Shown piece by piece: positions 1 to 9,751 of a stretch of 64,000 nucleotides of DNA (position 1 is the first letter of the stretch; each line of letters begins with the position of its first letter). Origin of the DNA: Leptonemataceae bacterium (GTDB lineage Bacteria; Spirochaetota; Leptospiria; Leptospirales; Leptonemataceae); the NCBI GenBank assembly GCA_965227295.1, contig OZ245742.1, positions 5,472,001-5,536,000 on the forward strand, given 5' to 3'. Under the pieces are notes generated by a model that was not told the DNA's origin, ran no database searches, and saw only the letters and a program-made list of their open reading frames with translations. A program made the position numbers and the translations under genes.

Positions 1-1
1 A

Positions 2-688
2 GTCGACGACGGCATGCAGGCGACATTGCGCTGCATCGTTGCCACAGACGGCACCAAAGAATATGCGATCTATCACTGGCTTGAATCGACCACCGGCCCT
101 CAGGACTTCGGCGTCTCCACCGGCGCCGCCGGAGCCGAAGAAATTTACGCTTCGGTACGCCTCCTCAAACTCACTCCACCGGGCAACACCGTAGCTTCCC
201 TTGCGGATGAGTTAGTCGGCACCGTCTCGGCCTTCGCCGGCACCACGCCGCCGAACGGATGGCTGGAGTGTGATGGGACGGCGATCAGCCGCACGAAGTA
301 CTCGCGTCTCTATGAACGCATCGGCGACGCCTACGGCTCCGGCGACGGGTCCACCACGTTCAACTTGCCGGATCTGCGCGGGGAATTCGTGCGCGGCTGG
401 GACAACAACCGCGGCGTGGACAGCGGGCGCGCCCTGGGTTCGACGCAGGACGACGCCTTTCAGGGACACTGGCACGATCTCGGCGAGAATAGCGACGGCA
501 CGAAGGTCAACTTCCAGGGCGGGAGCCCGATCAGCACGGGCGGCGGCACAGTAGCGCCGGCGATCGTCCTCTTCTCCGACAGCTATACCGTCGTCGATGC
601 CACGGAAGACCTGAGCAACGGCCCGCCGCGCACGGCCGCCGAAACCCGCCCGCGGAACTTGGCGATGATGTACTGCATCCGCTACTAA
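2..688 (+). CDS. Phage tail-collar domain protein (tail fibre-like), probably 5'-truncated by the window edge
   Basis: Tail-collar motif VGTVSAFAGTTPPNGWLECDG...TTFNLPDLRGEFVRGWD and C-terminal ETRPRNLAMMYCIRY; the frame is open back to position 2. Confidence 0.85.
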   Translation, partial: VDDGMQATLRCIVATDGTKEYAIYHWLESTTGPQDFGVSTGAAGAEEIYASVRLLKLTPPGNTVASLADELVGTVSAFAGTTPPNGWLECDGTAISRTKYSRLYERIGDAYGSGDGSTTFNLPDLRGEFVRGWDNNRGVDSGRALGSTQDDAFQGHWHDLGENSDGTKVNFQGGSPISTGGGTVAPAIVLFSDSYTVVDATEDLSNGPPRTAAETRPRNLAMMYCIRY

Positions 689-719
689 CCTGAGATCACG
701 GAAAATTACGGAGAAGACC

Positions 720-1046
720 ATGTACGTAGTCCTGGACCGCGAGACGAAAGAGATCGTGCACATCAACCGGGCGCCGCTATCCCAGGCGCTCAGCGAGAAA
801 GAGGTCTACTACCACTACGACCCGGAAAGCATGCTGATCGGTCGCACGGACGCGCGGGAACTTCCACCCCGCTGGAAACTGAACAACGACGGCGAGATCG
901 TCCCGGACTACCCGGAACCATCGGCCGATGTCGCGGCGGAGCAACCGGACGGGGCCGCGATGATTCTGAAAGAACTCGGTGAGCTACGTGAAAGGATCGA
1001 CGGCCTGGAAGAACGACTCAGTTTCCTGGAGGGGGCTCTGGAGTAG
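720..1046 (+). CDS. Hypothetical protein, possible tail-fibre assembly/chaperone-like protein with C-terminal coiled coil
   Basis: 108 aa ORF with GGAGA RBS, directly after the tail-collar gene; function inferred from position only. Confidence 0.55.
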   Translation: MYVVLDRETKEIVHINRAPLSQALSEKEVYYHYDPESMLIGRTDARELPPRWKLNNDGEIVPDYPEPSADVAAEQPDGAAMILKELGELRERIDGLEERLSFLEGALE

Positions 1047-1053
1047 AGACTTC

Positions 1054-2391
1054 TTAAAAAGGCAGCAGGGTTTTCTTGAGTTGTTCGAACACGCGCTCGG
1101 GCGAGATGAACTCCACACACGAAGCGAACGAACAGGCGGGGCAACTCTTCACGCACTCGTCCACGGACGGCATAATGTGCCGTTCCAGGGAGTCCGCTAA
1201 CTTAATAAAATACGAAGTCAGCGGATAGTCGGGATTCTGCCGGTTCAGCAAGGCACCGGGGGGCGCCAGGGCTTCCCGCAGGGTGTTCAGTTCTCGGGCT
1301 TCCGCCCCATCGCCGCGCTCGCTCTCCGGATGCAAACCAGGCGGGCGCACATGGCCGGGATGATTGCGATACGTCTTCATGTCGTGCAGCACGACGACGG
1401 GCACTTTCAAAATCGAAGCGAGGATCGTTTCCGGGCCGGCCGGGGCAATGACCGCCTTCGCCCGGGCCATGATGCCGGCGCGATCCCCCGGCAGACAATC
1501 GCGCAGCACGATCGCCTCGGAGTGCTTCTCAATGTAAGCCGTCTCTGCCGCGACGCGTTTTTCCCGGGCCTCGCGTTCCGCCGGCGGAAGATGGGCCGGC
1601 ACCGGCGGTACCGGAATGACGGCGGCGGCGTTCAGTTCGTCCATGCGCCGGACCAGACGCGCGGCATGGCCCACGGGCCAACCGCCGGTGAGGTCGTGGG
1701 CGTCGAAGAGAGAGATGACGACGTAGTCGCATTTCGGCGTACCCGGCGGCGGCGCGAATTCCGCGGACAGGGTAAGATCGGAAAGCTCCGGATAAAGATC
1801 GAAGCCGCGTTTCTTAAGACGATTGAGATCGTCTTCGTTGTGAACTTTGTAAAATCGCAGAATGCGCGCGAGCAAACGATTGCGCACGCCGCCGATGCGC
1901 ACACGAGCGCCGGCGAAGAAACCGGCGAGCTGCAAACGCAGATTGCCGTCGGGCATGTACAGAATGTCCGCGCCGAAGTCCAGCATGAGCCCGCGCAGAG
2001 CGCGGCGATCTTCGCGGCCGTCGTGCGTGCCCGGATTCCAGTCCAGGATCTCGTCGAAGACGCCGGTGCTTTCCATGAGCGCGCGGTTCTCCGGATGCAC
2101 CAGGGCGGCCGCGTATATACGCTCGCGTTCGTTGTTGTGCCGCTTCTGCAACAAACGCGCGGTGTAGAGACATTCGAGAAGCACCGCAAGATTGCCGGCG
2201 TCCGGAGCCACGGCCAGGAAACGCCGCTGCACGGGACCGCGGGGTTTGCGGAAACGCGCAAAGAAACCGGCGGCCTCCGGCTGTTCGAGATTCGCTTCGC
2301 GGGAGCGAGACGTGTCCGGAGATGATTCGACGTCCGGCTCCGGTTCGCCGGGCGCGTCGATCGACTCGCGGTGTAGTATGCGATCTTCCAT
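1054..2391 (-). CDS. Glycosyltransferase family 9 (heptosyltransferase-like) protein
   Basis: GT9-like layout (WP..A.L segment, ARAKAVIAP.GPETILASILKVPVVVL, C-terminal CxxxCxxCxxxxC-I-SPERV); start moved to MEDRIL. Confidence 0.6.
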   Translation of the reverse strand: MEDRILHRESIDAPGEPEPDVESSPDTSRSREANLEQPEAAGFFARFRKPRGPVQRRFLAVAPDAGNLAVLLECLYTARLLQKRHNNERERIYAAALVHPENRALMESTGVFDEILDWNPGTHDGREDRRALRGLMLDFGADILYMPDGNLRLQLAGFFAGARVRIGGVRNRLLARILRFYKVHNEDDLNRLKKRGFDLYPELSDLTLSAEFAPPPGTPKCDYVVISLFDAHDLTGGWPVGHAARLVRRMDELNAAAVIPVPPVPAHLPPAEREAREKRVAAETAYIEKHSEAIVLRDCLPGDRAGIMARAKAVIAPAGPETILASILKVPVVVLHDMKTYRNHPGHVRPPGLHPESERGDGAEARELNTLREALAPPGALLNRQNPDYPLTSYFIKLADSLERHIMPSVDECVKSCPACSFASCVEFISPERVFEQLKKTLLPF

Positions 2392-2473
2392 GAAAGAGGA
2401 AACGATGATACGCGGCCTGCCGTGAAAGTGAAAGCCGCCGTATGTGCTGTAAAGCCTTTTTATGTCGGCCGCT

Positions 2474-3427
2474 TCAGGGCCAGGGCAGGTCCGCCGCACC
2501 TGGCGGCGCCTGTTCGTTTATCGGAAAGGGAGGCTGAATCAATAAGCCCGCGGCCTCGGCCTGGCCGCGCAGCTCCGCGTTTCCGCGGTCAATGAGAATG
2601 CCGGTGCGCGCGTGTTGCAGCAGTTCAAAGTCCCCGATGGAATCGCCGACCATGAGGTCCGGCACATCCACGCCCTCGGCCCGCAGACGTGCGACCTTGC
2701 CCGCACGCACGGTCATAGGCTCCACGATGAACGGTTCCAGAATCGCCCGGTCCTCCGGTTCGCCGTCCGGTCGCCGGCGGCGCAGTACCATGCCGTGGAC
2801 TTTCTCCTCGGGAATGTTCCAGCGCGGGCTCACGGTCTGGATGATCTCCTGGGGCGACGCGGTGACGATACGTACGTCCCATTCACGTTCATGCAGGGCC
2901 GCAATCAATTCCTGGATTTCGGTGTAGATGCGCAGACCCCGGGGAAGACGCAGGCCGGAGGGCAGCTCCCACACACCGACGTCGAGCGTCTGCTCGTAAT
3001 CAAAGACATAACGCGAGATCGAACGCATCTCTTTCGCCGGCTGAAAGCCGAAGAGCGTACGCGTCCAGCGATACGCCTCTTCCATGCCCGCCCGCTCGTA
3101 GACCAGGCCGTAGATCGTTAACAGACGATCCGCGAAACTTAAGAACTCTCCCGTGTTCTCGCCGCCGCTTTCTTCGACGGTATCCCAGGACTTGCGCAGC
3201 CGATCGATGATCGCCGCGTCGATGGCGTCGTGCCGGAGTTCCTGCCAGAAATCCTCGAGGTCCGCACGCAGCAAACCCTGGAGCACGATGTAATACATCA
3301 CCGCCTCGCCGAGATCGTTCTTGATCAGGGTGTTGTCGAAGTCGAAGACGGCGGTTCCCGGAGAACCGGAGAGGAGTTTCTGAATGGCCGGGAAGACAGT
3401 AGCATCCCAACCGCGTTGTTCGATCAT
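2474..3427 (-). CDS. HAD-superfamily hydrolase (phosphoserine/phosphorylcholine phosphatase-like)
   Basis: Motif I AVFDFDNT, motif II IVTAS, conserved K, motif IV GDSIGD. Confidence 0.85.
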   Translation of the reverse strand: MIEQRGWDATVFPAIQKLLSGSPGTAVFDFDNTLIKNDLGEAVMYYIVLQGLLRADLEDFWQELRHDAIDAAIIDRLRKSWDTVEESGGENTGEFLSFADRLLTIYGLVYERAGMEEAYRWTRTLFGFQPAKEMRSISRYVFDYEQTLDVGVWELPSGLRLPRGLRIYTEIQELIAALHEREWDVRIVTASPQEIIQTVSPRWNIPEEKVHGMVLRRRRPDGEPEDRAILEPFIVEPMTVRAGKVARLRAEGVDVPDLMVGDSIGDFELLQHARTGILIDRGNAELRGQAEAAGLLIQPPFPINEQAPPGAADLPWP

Positions 3428-3452
3428 AAGAGGACGAGGGTGCGCGCCGGAA

Positions 3453-4286
3453 TCAGGGCTTCGCGCGTTCGTTCGGACGATCCGCCATCACGCTTTCTCC
3501 CACTCGAATGTTGGAGAAGTCCATGGGCGTGCTCTCACGGTAGACGACGCCCGGCTGCACGAGGCCGAGTTCCAGAAAATCTTCCGGGTTCATGGCGATG
3601 TTCTGGAAGCGCACTTCGAAGTGCACGTGCGGGCCGGTGGAGCGACCGGTGTTGCCGGAGAAGGCAATGGCCTGACCGCGCTTTACGGATTCGCCGACTT
3701 TCAAAAAGAGCATGTTGTTGTGCCCGTACCAGGTGACCAGGCCGTTCTCGTGACGGATGGCCACCGCCTGACCGAGGGCGCCGAACCAGGAAGAGTGCGT
3801 TACCACGCCGTCGTCCACCGCCAGCACAACGGTGTTCGGCGGGCAGGCCAGGTCCAGGCCGTTGTGGTTCTGACCGCGACGCATGCCGTAGCGCGAGGTG
3901 TACTTCGGATCGTCGACGGGCCAGAGCAGCCGGCGCGGATCGATTTTGAGAACGCGGCGACCTTTGCCTTCCTGGACCAGGTCGTTGTAGGTATCCAGAC
4001 CCATGGGGATGAAGAACATGGAACGAGCGCCCTCGAAGTCGTCGTTGATCTCACGGATTTCTTCGACGGAGGTCTGGAACTCTTCGGCCAGTGACTGCAT
4101 GGTCCCGGAGCCGGCCCGGACCCAGCGACCCAGGCGGCCGCGGTAGGACTGGATGAACTCATTGTCAATCGGCACGTCGATGAGACGCGGGACGTAGAGT
4201 TCATCGCGCTCGCCGGCCAGCAGAGTGCCGAAGGCGAGGCCGGGAAGGATGATGGCAAGAGAGAGAAGAATGCGAAAGTTATACAT
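3453..4286 (-). CDS. M23 family metallopeptidase with signal peptide and LysM-like segment
   Basis: HNGLD and STGPHVHFEVR zinc motifs. Confidence 0.9.
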   Translation of the reverse strand: MYNFRILLSLAIILPGLAFGTLLAGERDELYVPRLIDVPIDNEFIQSYRGRLGRWVRAGSGTMQSLAEEFQTSVEEIREINDDFEGARSMFFIPMGLDTYNDLVQEGKGRRVLKIDPRRLLWPVDDPKYTSRYGMRRGQNHNGLDLACPPNTVVLAVDDGVVTHSSWFGALGQAVAIRHENGLVTWYGHNNMLFLKVGESVKRGQAIAFSGNTGRSTGPHVHFEVRFQNIAMNPEDFLELGLVQPGVVYRESTPMDFSNIRVGESVMADRPNERAKP

Positions 4287-4531
4287 GGAAGGCGGATGTG
4301 AGGATATGTAAGATTTTTATTAAGATTTGCACCGAATATCCGGATCATAGCAGGAGATTCAATGCTTTTTTGTCCTACCGATCCGGTAGGATTGACTATT
4401 CGGCTCATTGTAATTATCGGCAGGACCATTCCGGGACTGGAGATACGGTTTGACAGTCGCTCGCGGCCTCCCGCAAACTGAGCGCGGTCGGCAATTTCTG
4501 GACAGTCGCCCGGCGGGCGGCACGAGCCCCG

Positions 4532-5422
4532 ATGTCGGATACCCTCCTGATCAAATCCTACACGCCCCAGGCCGCGGCCAACATCCGCGACGGCCTGAGC
4601 CTGTACCTGGGCGGCGACGGCGGCGGGACCTGGCTGGGCGCCTATCGAAATCAGATCTTTCAAATTTGCGATGAGCTGATCAAAAACGCGATTAAGTCAA
4701 ACTATAAGTTCTTGCTCATCTGGGCAAAGACCCGGGAACGCCTGCTCGCCGCGGACCCGGACCTCCAGGCCGAGGACATGAACGAGTGGCTGGGCGAAGT
4801 CTTTTTCTCCGGCGAGGATCAGCTCATCGAACGCCATCTTTCCCGGCTGCCGGAGCGCGAGGACATCCAGCGGGAAGTCCGCCGATTACTGGACCTGGAG
4901 AACCACTATCTCCGCGAGCGCGCGGACGCGGCCCGGGGCCATCTGCCGCCGGGTCGCGAGAACATCGCCGACTACGACGACTATGCCGCCGGCGATCCGG
5001 CCTTCGAATCCCTGGCGCGCATCAAGCGCATGTCCCGGGAGTTGAACATCTACGTACACTATCGCATCGAGCGTTCCAGCGACCAGGTGCTCATCACGGT
5101 GGCCAACGACTCGCCGATCCTGGACGAAGACGTGAAGCGCATCCATCGCGTGCGCAATCTTTTCAAGAAGTACCGCGACCAGGGTCGCCAGGAAGAATTC
5201 TTCATCGATCAACTGGACAACTCCGGCGGCGGACACGGCCTGGGTTATGCCATCATGGATTCGATATTGTTAGAGATGCACCTGGAACCGGAGGTGAGTT
5301 TGTATTTGATCAGCGCGACACGGACCATGGTGTTGCTCGTTCTGCCGCTGAGCCCGCCGGAAGGCCTTACGATACAGGAAAGTACTTTGCGCACCGAAGA
5401 GACCGCGCGGAGCGGATGGTGA
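4532..5422 (+). CDS. Hypothetical protein with degenerate GHKL/HATPase-like motifs
   Basis: ELIKNAIK (N-box-like) and GGGHGLG (G2-box-like); no HisKA His box seen. Confidence 0.55.
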   Translation: MSDTLLIKSYTPQAAANIRDGLSLYLGGDGGGTWLGAYRNQIFQICDELIKNAIKSNYKFLLIWAKTRERLLAADPDLQAEDMNEWLGEVFFSGEDQLIERHLSRLPEREDIQREVRRLLDLENHYLRERADAARGHLPPGRENIADYDDYAAGDPAFESLARIKRMSRELNIYVHYRIERSSDQVLITVANDSPILDEDVKRIHRVRNLFKKYRDQGRQEEFFIDQLDNSGGGHGLGYAIMDSILLEMHLEPEVSLYLISATRTMVLLVLPLSPPEGLTIQESTLRTEETARSGW

Positions 5423-5429
5423 AGGAATC

Positions 5430-5536
5430 ACTCCGAGGACCGGGGTATCGAGGTGCGACTTGAGAAGATATCGAATCAATCATCATCGCCGTGATGCGTG
5501 CTCGTTACAAGCCTCGGCCTCCTCGGTCCTCGGAGT
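5430..5536. repeat. CCGAGG hairpin element, copy 1 (107 bp)
   Basis: ACTCCGAGGACCGGGGTATCGAGG ... CCTCGGCCTCCTCGGTCCTCGGAGT. Confidence 0.85.
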
Positions 5537-6053
5537 TGGTCTTCTTTTGATTCTTTCGCTAACCTCTCATTGCCACATGACCGACTTCGTAGACTTCGAA
5601 ACCGCCGCCGCCGCGCTCTCGGCTCGCTTCAATGTCGCCGAGATCAGCGCGCCGGAATTTCTCGAACGGCACCAGGGCCGGCCGAACACCGTCCTGATCG
5701 ACGTGCGCACGCCGGAAGAACAGAGCGTGTCGGTCATACCCGGCGCGGTCCTCGCCACCCCGCAAACGAAGCTGAACGCGCTACCGGAAGTTCGGCACGC
5801 GGACGCCGACGCGACGATCGTCGTATACTGCGCCGGCGGCTATCGTTCCGCGCGCTCCATCTCACGGAGCGGCGAGACTATGGCAAAGCACATGGTGAAC
5901 CTGCGCGGCGGCATTGTCGGTTACGCGAACGCCGGCGGAAAGCTGGTGGATGCCCGGGGCGGCACGAGCCACAAGGTGCACGGATACAACAGCACCTGGG
6001 CCCGGTACGTCGAGGCGCCGAACGAGGGCGTCGTAGAACCACCGGTGCCGTAG
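5460..6053 (+). CDS. Rhodanese-like domain protein, possibly a lipoprotein (start uncertain: TTG 5460 or ATG 5577)
   Basis: LIDVRTPEE..SVIPGA, active-site VVYCAGGYRS, NLRGGI. Confidence 0.85.
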   Translation: MRRYRINHHRRDACSLQASASSVLGVGLLLILSLTSHCHMTDFVDFETAAAALSARFNVAEISAPEFLERHQGRPNTVLIDVRTPEEQSVSVIPGAVLATPQTKLNALPEVRHADADATIVVYCAGGYRSARSISRSGETMAKHMVNLRGGIVGYANAGGKLVDARGGTSHKVHGYNSTWARYVEAPNEGVVEPPVP

Positions 6054-6074
6054 GCCGCCATCATCAGGACCACC

Positions 6075-7241
6075 GTGACGAACTTCGATCTCAGCAACGA
6101 ACACTTTCCCATCAAGAACGAGTACATCTTCCTCGCGCACTGCGGCATCTCGGCCCAGTACGCCGGTGCCGACGCGGCCGCGGCGCGCTTCCAGCGCTTC
6201 CATACCGAACGAGCCGCCCTCGTGTTTCGCGAGTACCCGGACGTCCTCGGCGATCTGCGCAACGCCGCGGGTCGACTGCTCCGCACCGACGGCAGCAACG
6301 TTGCCTTCGTCAAAAACACCGCCGAGGGCCTGTCCATGATCGCCAACGGATATCCGTTCGAACCGGGCGATCGCATCGTCAGCTATGTGCACGAATATCC
6401 GTCGAACCACTATCCCTGGAAGATCCAGGAACGACGCGGCGCGGAACTCGTGCTGCTCCCCGACAGCGCGCCGGAAGATACAAAGCCCCGCGGCTTCACG
6501 TACGCGGACGTCGCACGCATCCTGGAGGACGATCGGGTCCGTGTCCTGGCTGTATCGCATGTGCAGTTTACGAGCGGTTACGCCGCCGACCTGAAGCGCC
6601 TGGGCGCGCTCTGCAAAGAACGCGGGGTGGACTTCATCGTGGACGCGGCCCAGAGCCTGGGCGGCCTGCCGCTGTTTCCGGAAGAGCACGGCATCAGCGC
6701 GATCGCCGCGTCCGGCTGGAAGTGGCTCATGGGTCCCATCGGCACGGGCCTCTTGTATACATCGCCGGAGTTGCGCGCAAAGATCGCGCCGACGATGGCC
6801 GGCCCCGAACTCATGCTGCAGGGCGACGACTACCTCGATCACACCTTCGCCCCGCATACGGACGCCCGGCGCTTCGAGTACAGCACCGGTTCGTTGGCGC
6901 TGTCGGTGGGCCTCCACGCCTGCATCAACGATCTGCACAACCGCTTCGGCATCGAGGCAATCCACGCACGCCTCTTAGAATTACAGGAACGCATGTTAGC
7001 GAAACTCGACCGTGAACGCTTTCGTTTCGTGGAGTGGCCCGCCGAAAATCGTTCGGGCATCCTGGCGTGCACGGTCCACGATGCTTCCGGCAAAGAGGAG
7101 GATCCGAACGCCTGCGTACGTCGCGCCCTGGACGCGGGCGTATTTGTTTCGAGTCGCGGCGGTTATCTGCGACTCGCGCCGCACTTCCCGAACAGTGACG
7201 ACGAGATCGACCGCGCGTGCGAAATCATGAACGGGCTGTAG
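6075..7241 (+). CDS. Class V PLP-dependent aminotransferase (cysteine desulfurase/selenocysteine lyase-like)
   Basis: FVKNTAEGL, VDAAQSLG, ASGWKWLMGP (PLP lysine), LRLAPH. Confidence 0.9.
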   Translation: MTNFDLSNEHFPIKNEYIFLAHCGISAQYAGADAAAARFQRFHTERAALVFREYPDVLGDLRNAAGRLLRTDGSNVAFVKNTAEGLSMIANGYPFEPGDRIVSYVHEYPSNHYPWKIQERRGAELVLLPDSAPEDTKPRGFTYADVARILEDDRVRVLAVSHVQFTSGYAADLKRLGALCKERGVDFIVDAAQSLGGLPLFPEEHGISAIAASGWKWLMGPIGTGLLYTSPELRAKIAPTMAGPELMLQGDDYLDHTFAPHTDARRFEYSTGSLALSVGLHACINDLHNRFGIEAIHARLLELQERMLAKLDRERFRFVEWPAENRSGILACTVHDASGKEEDPNACVRRALDAGVFVSSRGGYLRLAPHFPNSDDEIDRACEIMNGL

Positions 7242-7242
7242 C

Positions 7243-8205
7243 TTACGGCAAACCCGCGAGCCCGTGCACCGAAGCGGGGTTCTTGCGCTTGCCGTCCTTG
7301 CGCACTTCGAAATGCAGGTGCGGCCCCGTCGCCCGACCGGTGGCGCCCACCGCCCCGATAACCTGTCCCGGCCGAACCTTAGCGCCTTTACGCACGTCGA
7401 TGCGCGACAGATGACCGTAGTACGTATGATAACCGAAGTCGTGTTCGAGCACGATCAGCTTACCGTAACCGCGCGCATTCTTACTCACGCGCACGACCTT
7501 GCCGCCGCGGCTCGCGTACACCGAGGTTCCCTGCGGCGCCGCAATGTCCACGCCGCCGTGAAAGGTCCGCCGCCGCGTAAACGGATCGATGCGCGTGCCG
7601 AAGCTGCTGGACACACGACCGGTGCGCAACGGCGGCAGGAAACCCTCGCCGCGAAAGTAACGTTCCTCTTCCGGCAGATACTTGCGCCCGGGTAGAAAGT
7701 AACGATCGTCTTCTTCGGTGGGCAGCACGTAAGCCGTGGGGATTTCGTACTGTCGGGCAAGTTTGATGGTGGCCGCATCGCGCTCATCGGAACTGCGCAC
7801 GAACAGACCGCGGGCGTTGGGAATCACCAGCTCCTGGCCGGGCAACAGCGCGTTCGGATTCGCAAGTTCGTTGAGCGACGCCAGGGTATCGGCGTCCTGG
7901 GAAAGCCGCGCCATAATCTCATAAAAATTTTCTTCTTTGCCGACGGTGTAGCGAACGTAGCGCAGCCGGCGACACAGCCGGCCCTCGCGCATGGTACAAC
8001 GCAGGTTGTCGGCGATTTCTTTGCGCAGGCGCTGGAGATCGGCGTTGCCGTGATCCAGCGAGGCCAGCACGGGAATGGCAGATTCCGCCGGCATCGCGCG
8101 TGTGGTTTCAGAGTACGTCGGGCCGCCGAGCAACACGAACAGCACGAAGCCCAGGGCCGGCACCGGCGGACGAACGGAACGGGAACACGCGAACCACAAG
8201 AGCAT
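7243..8205 (-). CDS. LysM + M23 peptidase
   Basis: LysM-like YTVGKEENFYEI...LLPGQELVIP; HGGVD and ATGPHLHFEVR; start moved to MLLWF. Confidence 0.88.
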   Translation of the reverse strand: MLLWFACSRSVRPPVPALGFVLFVLLGGPTYSETTRAMPAESAIPVLASLDHGNADLQRLRKEIADNLRCTMREGRLCRRLRYVRYTVGKEENFYEIMARLSQDADTLASLNELANPNALLPGQELVIPNARGLFVRSSDERDAATIKLARQYEIPTAYVLPTEEDDRYFLPGRKYLPEEERYFRGEGFLPPLRTGRVSSSFGTRIDPFTRRRTFHGGVDIAAPQGTSVYASRGGKVVRVSKNARGYGKLIVLEHDFGYHTYYGHLSRIDVRKGAKVRPGQVIGAVGATGRATGPHLHFEVRKDGKRKNPASVHGLAGLP

Positions 8206-8283
8206 GCTGTTTCTAACATCGAAAAGATTCGCGACGATCCGCGAAAAAAATTTACCGCATCCACGGCTCGTGGATCGTACCGC

Positions 8284-9003
8284 ATGCGCTTCATGCAGAG
8301 TCTGTTGATCCTGGCGGCGGTCCTGCTCGGCTTTCTGTTGATCGAGTCGTTTCAGGCCGTAGCGCAAACCCGCCTCGCCGCAGTCCTCCAGAGCGCCGGC
8401 CTCGATCCGCTGCGTCATCCCCTGGCCGTCTGGGGCGATCGTCTGCGCTACGGCCTGGTGGCCGGCGGCCTCGGCGCGCTGATCTTCCAGGTTCTCCTGC
8501 CGTTTCGCGGCGACACGAATCACCCGCACGCAAACCGCGACGCCTTCTGGCTGCGCGGGAGCGCGGTGGTCGCCCCGGGGTGGGGATTGGCCGGCGGCGT
8601 GCTCTTGTTCGGTATGATGTTTGGAATCGAACGTTTGCTCCAGGGCCTGGGTCTCGCGGCGGTCCCCACCCGGGAAACCCTGGCAGCCGTCTTACGGGAG
8701 GACGCGCAGGTCTTCTTGCTCCACCTGATCGCCTCCGCCGGCTTCACCGCCGTCTTCGAAGAATTCTTTTTCCGCGGCTGCATGCAGAGATACCTCGAAC
8801 GAAACGGCTTCGGTCCTCGTCTGAGCATTGGCTATGTTGCGCTTCTCTTCGTCCTCGTGCATCCCATTGCCGCTGTTCCGGTCCTGCTTCCGGCCGGCCT
8901 GGTCTTCGGCTTTTTCTTCTGGCGTCAGGGACTCCTCCCCGCAATCCTGGCCCACGCGAGCTACAACGCATTGATTCTTACAGCCGTCCGGTACTTCCCC
9001 TGA
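8284..9003 (+). CDS. CPBP family intramembrane glutamic endopeptidase (CAAX/Abi-like)
   Basis: EEFFFRG, F..VH, H..YN motifs and multiple TM segments. Confidence 0.85.
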   Translation: MRFMQSLLILAAVLLGFLLIESFQAVAQTRLAAVLQSAGLDPLRHPLAVWGDRLRYGLVAGGLGALIFQVLLPFRGDTNHPHANRDAFWLRGSAVVAPGWGLAGGVLLFGMMFGIERLLQGLGLAAVPTRETLAAVLREDAQVFLLHLIASAGFTAVFEEFFFRGCMQRYLERNGFGPRLSIGYVALLFVLVHPIAAVPVLLPAGLVFGFFFWRQGLLPAILAHASYNALILTAVRYFP

Positions 9004-9014
9004 CACCTTCATCC

Positions 9015-9743
9015 GTGAGATTTTTCGCCCATTCGATTCTCAGATACACCGTCGCCGCTCTGGCCGCGACGGTCCTCGTGTTTCCCGCAAGCCTGCAGGC
9101 CCAGGTCGCCCACGAATCCGAGCTCACGATTGAGGAGGCGCGCTGGGCCCTCGATCGTTTCCTGTATGGTTTCGATCGCGGCTCCTACTTCAGCGACGAC
9201 GAGACCGAGGGCTTCCACTTTCTCTATAGCTCACATCCACTGTCGGCCTTCGACTACGACATCTACGGAACCACGGTCTCTTCCAGCATCGATCAGACCG
9301 TCATCCGCATCGAAGGCGGCACCGGGGATGCGGAAACCATGGCCCGCGTCCTGGAGTTGGAAGGCTTGCTTACGAAAGGTTCCACTGTGCCGGCCGACGC
9401 CAGCGGCGATCCGGTAGCGCTGAGTGAAAAGTCGCATCTCATCTCCCAATCGCTAAACCTGGCCGCTCCGTGGCTCGGCATCTGGTACAACACCTACAAT
9501 ACGCCGCGACTGAGCCTGGGGCAGACCTGGTTTCGCTTCGGCGCCTACTTTCTTGCGGACGGTCTGTTGCTCTGGGCCGGCGGCACGAAGCTCTGGTCCG
9601 GCAAGTTCGACGCCGGGGAAAACCAGGCCTACATCATCGGAGCGCTGGCCATCCCGCGGGCCGTCGGCGCGCTCCAATCCTTCAACCTGGTGCGCGGTCA
9701 CAACAAGCTCGCCGAACTCAAGTACACGTTTTATCTCGACTGA
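9015..9743 (+). CDS. Hypothetical exported/membrane protein
   Basis: GTG start, signal peptide ending SLQA, C-terminal hydrophobic segments; fits the operon. Confidence 0.65.
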   Translation: MRFFAHSILRYTVAALAATVLVFPASLQAQVAHESELTIEEARWALDRFLYGFDRGSYFSDDETEGFHFLYSSHPLSAFDYDIYGTTVSSSIDQTVIRIEGGTGDAETMARVLELEGLLTKGSTVPADASGDPVALSEKSHLISQSLNLAAPWLGIWYNTYNTPRLSLGQTWFRFGAYFLADGLLLWAGGTKLWSGKFDAGENQAYIIGALAIPRAVGALQSFNLVRGHNKLAELKYTFYLD

Positions 9744-9751
9744 GGCGGACG

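Noticed and set aside
4290..4531. Sigma70 promoter calls (TTGACT, TTGACA) in the divergent region
   Set aside because: No convincing -10 box at canonical spacing, so it cannot be supported by eye.
5498..7015. 505-aa Arg-rich ORF
   Set aside because: Alternative-frame shadow of the rhodanese and aminotransferase genes, expected at high GC.
8206..8529. N-terminal extension of the M23 peptidase ORF
   Set aside because: It overlaps the divergent CPBP gene; the signal-peptide-like start is at 8205.
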